A DNA stretch of 58,250 nt, the filler included, from Dugesia japonica (taxonomy: Eukaryota), in assembly GCA_001938525.1 (NCBI GenBank). It is 5 parts of 5 records of this genome, joined end to end, with 100 filler letters (N's around TTAATTAATTAA, not from the genome) between each part and the next. Parts side by side here need not be neighbours in the genome. Positions count along the whole stretch, not along the records: positions 30,818 to 48,288 come from MQRL01587211.1; positions 48,389 to 58,250 come from MQRL01201680.1; 3 more parts are not named here. One strand, 5' to 3'. The notes beneath the pieces are model-generated. The model was not told the origin of the DNA, did not search any database, and saw nothing but the letters and a program-made list of their open reading frames with translations. This document shows positions 38,575 through 50,278 of this stretch, piece by piece. A program made the translations under genes and the position numbers. Position 1 is the first letter of the stretch; every line of letters begins with the position of its first letter.

Positions 38575-38790
38575 CATTACAATTACAATTATTGCGAGAA
38601 TAATTGTTGGACTTAACTATTGATCGTATTTGTGATTTCATCAAATTAAAAGATTCGATCAAAATATTGTTTTACTTTTTTATTTCTAGATAGTACTTCG
38701 AATTTTCAACTTTGTTTTCATCAGGAATTGATTTTTTCAAAAACCAGTCCTGACGAAGACAAAGTAGAAAAATTCAAAATATTATCAAGA
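38575..38790 (-). repeat. Copy of a dispersed roughly 150-bp repeat headed by a hammerhead-like core
   Basis: Minus CUGAUGA-A-AAC-AAA-GUU-GAAA at about 38704-38724 and inverted CUGACGA-AGAC-AAA-GUA-GAAA at 38750. Related copies at 1-85, 1920-2000, 30665-30717, 33165-33255, 35028-35197, 42957-43045, 46985-47105. Confidence 0.65.
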
Positions 38791-41190
38791 AATAAAAAAT
38801 AACACAAAATATAACAATTCTTCCCATTCAAACTAATTTCACCAATTTTTATTGGTTAAAATTTTTCGCAATTATTTAATTTTCAACAAAACTTTTTAAA
38901 ACTCTTATGAAGATTTTTTTTAATTTTCAAAATAAATGCCGTTTTTTTAATATATTTTTAAAGTAGCTATAGATTGATTAAGTTTAAAATATTTTAAAAT
39001 ATTTTAATAAATCAACTATTTTATTCGAATTATTAAGTTGAAACCAAATTTTTTCAATCTGTTGTAATAATATCTTTACGATATCAATATTGAATTTTAA
39101 TTTATTTATCATGTTTCAAGGAATTAATAGACATGTTTACGGTTAAGTTGATTTTGGAACACTAAATAATTTTCATTTTACAACGTATGTTTATAAAGAC
39201 ACTACACTATTAACGAAACAGAATTTTCAACTGAACGATATAAATTGACAAATATATGACATGATTCATTCAAAATCATTAACATCGTATATTAGTGTCA
39301 TTAATGATTTGCACATCAAATTATTGATTTCATGTGACTGACAACTATTCAATCTTTAGAAACACTTGAAAGTGAAAGTAAAATTAGTTAATTTAATTCA
39401 TTTGAAATATAATTAATAATAATAATAATAATAATAAGTAACACCGGTAATGCTCTCATGCATTTAAGATGTTTTTTTTAATTAGATCACGTATATTTTT
39501 TATTTATAAAAATAATCTTTCATAATGAAAATAAATAAATTTTAAAATAATAATACATTGAATAAAACTAAACATATTGAAGAAAAACAATTAAATAAAA
39601 CAATTTTCAATGCAATATTATAAGAATTATTAAATTACTCAAAACCGTCTAATAATCCCCCATGCTCAAATGTTCAAATTTTTTTAAAAAATAATTAAAA
39701 TTTCCAATAATCTACCAGGCAAATATCTTTGTAAAAATTTTCACTTGTATTAACTTTACCAATTAATTACACATTATTAATTTGGAAATATGCAACATTT
39801 TATTCCGTTAATTTTTATATTTTTACATATTTATATAAGAAATAATGAAAAGTTTTGTCAATAAATTGTATTTGTTTTTTTTAAAAATAAATCATAATTC
39901 TAATAATTCCCCGATTTAAATTTTTTCAAAGAAATTAAATACTTCGTCAGGAGGATAATTAGAATGTGTTACATGTTTCTTCACAAAATCTTCGTTAGCC
40001 ATTTTTAAATGCAAATTTTAATCAATATTTTCTCTAAAATTTGTTAACTGATATATTTAAACATAAAATCAATTTTTATTACATTAATATAAAAAAAATT
40101 TAATTCTTCAATAATAACATAACAAAATGAATAAAAAGATTTCTCATTACTTTTCGCACTCCTAATAATATTAAATAAAATATTATTCATCTATAAAATT
40201 TTCCATAATTTTTATACAAAAATTATATCACTCAAATTAATAAATATTAGTATAAAATATAAAGTATATCAAATATAAACAACGATTTCTATTCAAACTT
40301 TGAACATATATAATTTTTATGTAAAAACCACTAATAAAATTAACTGAAATATTTTTTATGATATTCCAGGAGATTATAATGAATTTGACTTAGTAGATGA
40401 AATAGAAATTGGATTTGAAATTGTATTGTTGCAGAGATTATTTTCGTTAAATAATTGAATTCCAATCATGCAAATAATATGACTCTGTATGAGACAAGTT
40501 GTTTTTTAATATAATAAAAAATCATTTTAAATTTTCAGTTTTGTAAAAAAAAACTAAATTTTTTACATTGTTAGTAAATAATTTTTATTAACTACTGAAT
40601 AAATAAGATCATTATTTACCAATAATATTATTATATTCAGTTAAATCTAGATATTTTGATATCTAAGAACCAGTATTTTGTGAATAAAACAAACACTTTG
40701 TGCTGATTGTAAAAATTCTATTTAAAAAAAAATTAAAAATGAGTATAAATTAGAGAAAAATAGAATCGATAGTAGAAGGATCAATAGAAGAAAAAGGACA
40801 GAAGATGTAAAAATGATATAAAAATATAATTTACAAAAGTATAAAACCACAGTTGAGATTTTTTCCTAAAAAATTCAATCGTCATTACTAATTCATTTTT
40901 AAACTATTACAAAACTTTTCAAAAAATATGACATTGATCTTACTTTCGGAGAAAATAACAAAAATAATTCATTATTAAAATGAAATGTCATGTCATCGTG
41001 CATGTAGAGTGTTCTTAAAATATGACAAAAACTTGATTTAAATATTAAACAAAAATGATAACAATAACAAATATTCTGTAAATTAAAAAACACAAATTCT
41101 AAATATTTCAAGAAGTGTAATTTTGTGCTAAATGTTTTAACAAAAATCCCACAATTTTAATTTTTATGAAACATAAAAAGACTCAGGATT

Positions 41191-41250
41191 TAAAAGATCC
41201 ATATTTAAAAGATCCATATTTAAAAGATCCATATTTAAAAGATCCATATT
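41191..41250. repeat. 15-bp tandem repeat x4 (TAAAAGATCCATATT)
   Basis: Direct reading. Confidence 0.9.
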
Positions 41251-41787
41251 ATTTAAACACAATTTCTTCAAAATTCAAATACCTAATTTAATTTATTTAT
41301 ATAATTCTAAAAACATAGTAACTTTCTGAATAGAATTTATTTATTTTATGCCTTTAAGACTTCAATATATTTCCTTTAATAATAATTCAGCACTATTAGC
41401 GGTATCTTTGTTAATATTAGACAATTTCCTCACATCGAATTATTAGAAATATAATGTTACACAATTCTTGATTGCAATAAAATTTACAAGAACCGATTTT
41501 CAACTGTATTCATCGTCGTTTTCATAAATTTCTCGTAGTTCTTTATCAAGAAAAGCAACTATAAATTTGTTTCTACAACTTGTCTTTATTCCGGACAAAT
41601 CATAATGTTTTGTAATCTTAATAAACATTTCAACATCGTCACCTTTCTTGAAGATTCAAGGAAATATTGTTTCTTTAAGCAGATACATTGATACGTTGGT
41701 CGCCATGTCAGATTTATTAGTTTGCTTCATTTAATTCAATTACAATAAGAATTTTAAGTCAAAACTTTATTAAAACACAAATAATTC

Positions 41788-42527
41788 GGTGCTCTTTTTT
41801 TCTTTTTTTTTCCCCGCAATTTTTTTGAAAATTATTAATTAATCTCAAATCACTAAATAATTGGTAACACACACTAGCTACATATTTGGAAGAGCAATTA
41901 GCCAGTAAAAAATAAGTTAATGTACTTACTAGATTTTCTTGTATAAATTTTCAAGATAAATTTAAAATTTTTGCCTTAAATTTGTTGTCGTTGTCAGCTC
42001 TGATGCATGACAAATCTAGCATTGTATTATTGGAATAATTACCTAAGAGAAGTCTGCGCCTTTGTGCTAATTAATAATCCGGTAGTAATTGGCGGAATAG
42101 GTACTACGGTAGAGATAGATGAAAGCATGTTTAGCCGGCGAAAAACAACGTTGGTCAAGTATTCCCTACTCGATGGGTTTTTGGAGGAATTTGTTGAGAA
42201 ACCAAACAATGTTTTTTATACACAGTACCCGATAGATCTGCAGCATCATTGTCACCAATTATACAGAGTGCAATTCTTCCAGGAACTACTATTATATTAT
42301 ACACTTTGGTACAGCTAGAAGTATGTTAGACAGCTACTTGTGTGAATTCATGTGGCGACGTCGTTTCGCAGGTAACAATTTGTTTGAACAAATACTGCAT
42401 GATATAACTGTATTTATGCCGCTTTAAAGGCAGTTGTACATGAACATTGGTTTTATAATGTTTTATAATAAATTTGTGGTCGATGTCAATTTTCAAAAAA
42501 TTTGCAGGGAAAAAGTGAATAAGCACC
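41788..42527 (+). mobile_element. Merlin (IS1016/ISXO2-like DDE) transposon, internally deleted
   Basis: Imperfect TIRs of about 45 bp starting GGTGCT; perfect 8-bp TSD AATAATTC; IGGIGTTVEIDESMF...WVFGGIC...VPDRSAASL.PII...ILPGTTII and SYLCEFMWRRR. Confidence 0.9.
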
Positions 42528-43558
42528 AATAATTCTTCTAAAAAATTCTTTTTGCTTTCTGAACGTTTCTTCTCAAAATTGCCTTATGCAATTTATGTTA
42601 TATGTAATTTATTTGAACAAATTATTAAAAAAAATATTTTATTAAATTATTTAAATTATATAAAATACAAAATAATTAAACAATTCAAATTTTATAAATA
42701 ATTTTCCAAATTTTCAATTAAATTTTATATTTACATTGCAGAAACTTTCAATTATAAATTTGTATAAAAAGTTTTAAATTACGTATTTATTAAATTCTTT
42801 CAATTAATTTAAAAAAATTAAATTATAAATTTCAACAAAAGATTTTTAAATTAATATTTAAAATTTCAATTTTACATTTAAAATCATTAAAAAATTTACG
42901 CTTTTAAAAATACCTAAAATATTTAAATAAAAATATTTATTAAATTCTCGTTATTTTACAATTGCAATTATTACGAGAATAATTGTTGGACTTAACCATT
43001 GATCGTTTTATAGAATTCATTTAATATAAAAGCTTTGATCAAAATTTAGGTTTTAATTATTGATATTGAATATCTCGTTAATGTAATTTATATTTTACAA
43101 AATATATTTCCCTTATTAAATTTTTAATATAATATATTTATAATTTATCGTAAATAAATATCTCGCCTCCAAGTATATAATTCAATAATAAAATGAGTAA
43201 TTTTGGATATATTTACATATATAATATTGATTGTATGATTCAACATTTTGTAAAGTCATGCCCTTATTTTAACAATAATTTTAATGGTAATTAAATATAG
43301 AAACACTTTTTATAATAATAATAATCAATAATGTCATGCGCAAGAATAATTAATTAATTTATAAGACTATATATATGGATCTAGTTACAAAAAAATAATA
43401 ATTACGGATTTAGATCTAAAAAATGAAATAAAATTATGACAAAATTGTACATCCGGTATCTTAAAACAGATTGACCAATGTAAACCAAAGATAAAATAAT
43501 TTGATTTTAACAGTTATCCAAGTTTGCTACAGTTCTATAAAAATTCTGTAGTGTACAT

Positions 43559-43681
43559 CAGGGGTCTCCAAACTTTCCAGCCAGAGGGCCGCATTAACTA
43601 TCAATCAACAGTTTGGAGGCCAACTACACACATTTTCCGTAGATAAAAAGGTCTCCGCGGGTCGTAGTTTGGAAACTTTTG
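43559..43681. mobile_element. Short hAT-Charlie-like MITE
   Basis: CAGGGGTCTCCAAACT ... AGTTTGGAAACTTTTG; TSD GTGTACAT/GCATACAT (6 of 8). Confidence 0.65.
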
Positions 43682-43959
43682 GCATACATGATAAAAATAT
43701 TTTACATGAAAATTGATAATCTGTATAATTACAAAAATAGGCTTCACTTACAAAAATATTAGAGAACCTTAGTTTTTAAATTGGAACGCCCCCAAACAGT
43801 TCAATGAAAATATGTTGAAAATTAATGACAAAGAAAGTATGTGATACAAACAGAACTATTTAATTCAGCAATCAATAACCAACGATAAAAATGAATGTGC
43901 CAATTCAAATTATTTCTATCTTCAATCCCTGGAATTTCAAAGGTTATTCAAGTCTAAAA

Positions 43960-44560
43960 TAGATAACGCTTGGAAGTACTAACATTATAGTTTTAAAAGA
44001 ATTAAAGGTATAGCAGAAAGAAGCATAAATCCTCAAATTATAGAAAAAAGAAACTATGGAAATAATTTTCAAGATATTTTAGCTGTAAAAAAATATAAGT
44101 AATATTTTTTATTGTTGGCTTTAATATATACATGCAATCCAAATATGAAAGAACTCTATCGGGACAAACACCAATAAAAATTGCTGTAAATATGTGTTTA
44201 GTAAGGTTGATTTTACAAGTTTCTGCAATGAATTCTTAATTTGAGTAAATTTCCTTGAATTATCCGAATGTGCTTTTGTTATAGACGACGTTTTTTTAAC
44301 CAGAAATGTTCAAATATAAGAAAATTTATTAAATCGAAAAAACATCATATACGTCTTCAACTACCATATAGTCCTGAAATTAATCCAATTGGAAATATAT
44401 TCGCAAAATGGAAAAATTATAAAATAGAAGAACCGAGCAGCTATAACGAATTGATGTATATGATAAGTAATAGTAAAAATGTAATCACTCTAGGCGATTG
44501 TGGTGGACCTTTTCATAATATGTTTAAAGAGACGAGAAAACATAAAATATTTGAATTTGA
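43960..44560 (+). mobile_element. IS630/Tc1-type DDE transposase remnant
   Basis: LPYSPEINPIGNIFAKWK matches LPPYSPELNPIExxW. Confidence 0.7.
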
Positions 44561-44639
44561 CTCGTTTTGTATTATCATTCGTTTGCTTTATGATATATTT
44601 ATCATTTAATTGTCATCTTTTTTGAATGAATATCAAATT

Positions 44640-45560
44640 GATTTGGAAATTTATTAAATTGATTATAAATTTATTAAATTGATTATAAATATATTAAATT
44701 TATTATAAATATATTAAATTGATTATAAATTTATTAAATTGATTATAAATATATTAAATTGATTATAAATTTATTAAATTGATTATAAATATATAAATTA
44801 ATTATCAATTTATTAAATTGATTATAAATATATAAATTAATTATCAATTTATTAAATTGATTATAAATATATTAAATTGATTATGAATATATTAAATTGA
44901 TTATAAATTTATTAAATTGNNNNNNNNNNNNNNNNNNNNNNNNNNNNNNNNNNNNNNNNNNNNNNNNNNNNNNNNNNNNNNNNNNNNNNNNNNNNNNNNN
45001 NNNNNNNNNNNNNNNNNNNNNNNNNNNNNNNNNNNNNNNNNNNNNNNNNNNNNNNNNNNNNNNNNNNNNNNNNNNNNNNNNNNNNNNNNNNNNNNNNNNN
45101 NNNNNNNNNNNNNNNNNNNNNNNNNNNNNNNNNNNNNNNNNNNNNNNNNNNNNNNNNNNNNNNNNNNNNNNNNNNNNNNNNNNNNNNNNNTATAAATTTA
45201 TTAAATTGATTATAAATATATAAATTAATTATAAATTTATTAAATTGATTATAAATATATAAATGGATAATAAATATATTAAATTAATTATAAATTTATT
45301 AAATTTATGGTAGACTAAATATATTTTATAAATATATTAAATTGATAATAAATACTTTAAATTAATTATAAATTTATTAAATTGATTATAAATATATAAA
45401 TTGATTATAAATATAGAAATTCATCATAAATTTCTTAAATTGATTATAAATATATTAGATTGATAATAAATATATTAGATTGATAATAAATATAGTAAAT
45501 TGATTATAAATATATAAACTAATTATAAATTTATTAAATTGATAGGGAAATTTATTAAAT
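44640..45560. repeat. 20-bp AT-rich minisatellite (TATAAATTTATTAAATTGAT) spanning a gap
   Basis: Direct reading. Confidence 0.95.
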
Positions 45561-45928
45561 TTAAGTGAAAACTCCATACATGCCTTCATTTATAGAATAT
45601 TTTTAAAGAATCCTGGCCAACCCAAATGATCTTGCGGGCCACTTTGAAAATGCATTATAATCCCACGGACCGCATGTATATCTAAATTATATACACTGCG
45701 GGTAGGCTACTCCTAATTTAATTAAATACTTTTGTAATATTTTAACGCTCCTAAAACTACTCCTTTCAACCTAACTTAAATTAAAAATCTTTTAAAAATA
45801 AATTCATAATTGTTTCATTGAAATTAAATTTTAAAATTGTACTTAAGATTAAAATTAAAACAATTTAAAATACAAAAAATGAAAAATGATAATTAATAAA
45901 TAATATTATTAAATAAATAAATATGAAC

Positions 45929-46372
45929 CTGCATTATATTTGGCTGATCTAATTTAGAGGCAAATGACGATAAACTGAAATTAGAATCAGCAAGTCGACG
46001 TGATATTGAATTACTGTCCCATGATCGATTGTGTGATTTTAGAACTATGGTTGGTTTTTCATTGGAAGTGTCAACCTGAATCATATTAGCAAAACGTCCA
46101 TCAAATGAACGACTACGAAAACAATAACTGGAATTATGATCATGATTGGCACTGTTCGGAAAGACAAGATTATGTGACTTATTAAGTTCATCTTCTTCAT
46201 TAATTGGTTCACAAATATCGTGATGGTCAAACACTTCAGATGTTCGACTATCCATTTTTTTAACTGTATTTTTTGGAAACCTGACTTTAGTTTTAGGATC
46301 AATTTCAACATCAGATATGTCTGGACTCGAGCAATTTGCACTTGTAGAATTCGAGCCCGTATCAAAAATAAC
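45929..46372 (-). CDS. Internal coding exon (148 codons, phase 0/0), Ser/Asn-rich; probably an upstream exon of the same host gene
   Basis: ttag|GTT acceptor and CAG|gttcat donor; open frame VIFDTGSNSTSANCSSPDISDVEIDPKTKVRFPKNTVKKMDSRTSEVF...DQPNIMQ. Same strand and composition as the 942-11351 gene, but separated from it by artificial spacers. Confidence 0.7.
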
Positions 46373-49149
46373 CTAATTTTATTGGGTCAATATTTGAATT
46401 TTAATGTCAATTAAATAAACAAATTATTATTTCAATTAAATCAATAATGGCACATAAAATCAAGTTATAAACAATATTGCATAAATCAATCTGCAGAATA
46501 ATTCAAATACACCAAACATTCATGTATAAGAGAAAAATGTACATGTCTATTAAATAACATCATAATGACATTTTGGCATTTACTTCTGGGTAAATATGGT
46601 TAAAATTCAAATGTTAATAACATGATTGATAACATGAATATGAAATGTTGAAAATGAATAATAAACAAAAAGTTAAAATTTATAAAACCAAAATCTCAAA
46701 TTATTATTAAAACATATTTTATCATAAATAATTAATAAATTGCATTTTAAACCATAACATCAAGCGTGCATTTTAAAATAATTTTAGCAATGGTTCTTTA
46801 GAANNNNNNNNNNNNNNNNNNNNNNNNNNNNNNNNNNNNNNNNNNNNNNNNNNNNNNNNNNNNNNNNNNNNNNNNNNNNNNNNNNNNNNNNNNNNNNNNN
46901 NNNNNNNNNNNNNNNNNNNNNNNNNNNNNNNTTAATTGCATTAAAATAAAAGCTTCTCTTAATTTTTTTTATTTTTGAAAGTATTTCAAATTTTTGACTT
47001 TGTCTTGGTCAGGAGTTGAATTTTTTTCTTCAAAAACAAAAATAATTTCGCCAAGCTTTTATTTTAATGAAATCTCAAAAACGATCAATTCTCCCATAAT
47101 TGTAAAATAATAATAATAATTGTTAGGTAAATCTTCAATTGATAATTTATTTTCCAAATCACAACTAATATTTTGAGACATCATTTATTCTACTATTAAA
47201 TCAGATATTTGATTAGATAACTATAGGTGAATAGAAATAAATTATTAATAATAATAATTTTGATCGCTTAATGGCTGAAATTATTTAAAAATTATTTCCT
47301 TATAATAATAATTGTGTGATCTCGACATTCCTATAATAAATTTCTGTTGTTTCGGTAAAATTAAATTCAAGTATAGCATCAAACATATAGATCGCAACTA
47401 AAATTTGAACGTACAGAATGGTGGAAACAAGAACTCAAGCATAAATAGTATTGTAAAAATTAAATGAAGCATATTGCACAGTCACACAATCTAGCCAATA
47501 ACATTCATTCATGCAAGTTAACTGAAAGTGCAAAACCAATATGGAAGATAATTATTTATAGCTACTGCTACTTCAACATAATAATTACGATTTCCACATT
47601 GCTATTTATGATAAAATTTTGTTGAGCGATAAATAAAAGGAATTATTGTTAAATATTATGTGTATTCCAGAAACTACTGTATTTCTTATCTTATTATTTA
47701 ATTAATTCGTTTACGATGTAATATTTACTATTACTGAAATATTTGTTCTTCGTTGGTTTAGCCAGTTATTTTGTAAAAATAATTAATGTTTTGTTAATGA
47801 TTTCTCTCGGAGTTTACCATACAAATAAAGTGAAAGGTTAATTCTGTACTTATTAATTAAATTAAGAATTTCACAATTATCCATAATTTCTATTTAATAT
47901 TACAATTGTTATATTAAATTTAAAAAGATGTAAGAATAATCCATGCTATTTAAACAAATAATCCATATCTGAGAATATATCATTTATATTTAAAAATATA
48001 AATTTTTTAAAAATATGCACATATGAAGGAGGAAATATATAAAATCAATAAGGTTTTCTGATTTTAAAATTTTTTGCAGTGAATTTAATAATTATTGAGA
48101 GAAAGAGAGAGAGACAGAGTGATGTGTGAAGCTTTGTTGATAAGGGCATTAAATCCTAAAATTTATAAAATTAAAATTTTAAAATTTCAATTGACAGATT
48201 TAACATCGCTCTTAAAATTATTTTATGGATTATTTATTGAGATTGCATAATTGAAATTATATAAATTATTTTATGGATTATTTATTGANNNNNNNNNNNN
48301 NNNNNNNNNNNNNNNNNNNNNNNNNNNNNNNNTTAATTAATTAANNNNNNNNNNNNNNNNNNNNNNNNNNNNNNNNNNNNNNNNNNNNTATTGTCTAAGT
48401 CAATTAAGAAAAACATTATAAAAAATATTAACTTGTAAAATAAATTTAATAAAAACATTAATTTAAATTAAAAATGTTTACTTAATAAATTCACGACTTA
48501 TAAATTTACTTGTAAAATAAATTGATACCTTATTTTAAATTATAGTTTTCATTTGGAATAATAAAGTTTATGATTGTAATAAATTCCTTTGTTTATTTAA
48601 CATTAAAATGCTTCTGCATATTATAATTTTTCATGTCTAAATGCAAATGTTAATTAACAACATCAAATTAAATAAATCTTACTTTTAATTTGAATAATAA
48701 GTGTCAGTCATATTAAATTGAAATAGTAAAGCAAAATAAATCCTATTTTTATATTTGAAACTGGATGTGAACGGTTTGAAGCCTTGATACGAGAGATGCA
48801 CATACTGAAATCGAGCTTAAAACTACATAAGCTGATTTATAAGTTCAATTATAAACGGACTCAATTGTATGCTAACGAACCTTGATGGATTCGCTCCGTC
48901 GGACTGTACATGTCAGAAGAGGTAATGTAATGTTACGAAATTCAAACAAAACTGTTATTGAAACAATGTACGAAAATAATTTTTAATGATATTATTGATA
49001 ATAATTTTANGTAGAATACAAATAATATACTGATTTCATTAATTATAATAAGACGAAGAGTAATGTTACTTAAACATAAATATTAAGAATGATTTTCCTT
49101 GGAATATTAATTATTTCTTCGGGTGAAAAGCTAACATTAATAAAACTGG

Positions 49150-49860
49150 GAATATCCAATGTCAGGAGCATTGAGTAGTTTGTTTAGGGAGCATCTAATG
49201 TCGGTTACAAACAAGAGTGCGTACCCATAGACATTTCATAGTTTTTACCCTGTAGCAACTAATGTTTCCAACGAATATCTCATAGTATGAACCCTAAAAC
49301 ATTTAATATTTAAATCGTTGAATGAATATTAATATTGATTAGTTTAGCATTGAATAGTTTGTTAAGAGATCATCTTTTGTCGGAGCATCTAATAGTATGA
49401 GCCAGGGAGCATCTATTGTCGGGTGTAGCCAAGAGTGAACCCATAGACATGTCTTAGTTTGAACCCTGGAGCAACTAATAGTGTAAACAATCGAACATCC
49501 AATAGTATAAAATTTGGAGCAACAAATAATATGAGCCATCGAACGTCTAATAGTAGGAAACCTGAGCATCTTATGTTAATATTACCTGGTTAGCACCAAA
49601 TGGGAATGTTAATATTGTTCAGAAACAATTAATCTTAATGTTAATATTATCCGTGAGGAAATTTACTTTAAAAATCATTCTTTTTACTTAATTTAAACAG
49701 GATATCATTAATTCCACTTTATTTAAACAAAAATCATTAATTTCACTTAATTTAGAAAGAAACCATTAATCCGCCTAATTTTAACAAAAATAAATAATTT
49801 CACTTCATTTAAAGAAAAAAATCATAACTATCCTTTAATTAAAACAAATTAATAATTGTT
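49150..49860. repeat. Degenerate tandem repeats downstream of the minus-strand Gypsy integrase
   Basis: Recurrent GAGCATCTAAT and CCCATAGACAT...GCAACTAAT blocks (49165-49570); about six copies of a roughly 30-bp CACTTAATTTAAACA..AATCATTAATT unit (49680-49860). Confidence 0.7.
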
Positions 49861-50278
49861 ACATAATCATGAAGTAAACGTGATAGTATCATTACGCAAT
49901 CATGACACCATAAAAATATAGACTAATTTTCGACCAATCAAATTACAGTAATACTTCCACAATTACGTAATCACTTTAGTCCTTATTTATTTTTTTAGTT
50001 GGTTTTCTTTATTTTTAGGTTTATTCAATTTGATCCGAGCTATAAGAGAATGTAATAGAGCAAATCTTGATGAATCTTTGAATATAGTTCAGCAAAATAT
50101 TACCGAATCTTCATTTGGGTAATTTTTTTGTTTTATAAATAAAATTTATAAATTCTTTCTTTCAGAAAAAAATAATTATTTAAACTTGTTAGATAATTTA
50201 ACATTTTATTTTAATTTAAATAATTTTTAATAATTAAAAAAAAATTTAAATAATGTTGTAGTCAATAACTTTCCCATC

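Noticed and set aside
49150-49600. Repeat-spacer pattern as a CRISPR array
   Set aside because: Repeats are short, degenerate and irregularly spaced; spacers are themselves repeated; context is eukaryotic with no cas genes.
50257-50267. 11-bp match TGTAGTCAATA to the LTR end at 53738 as a collapsed 3' LTR
   Set aside because: Only 11 AT-rich bases, and the site may still be integrase coding sequence; no further LTR identity.
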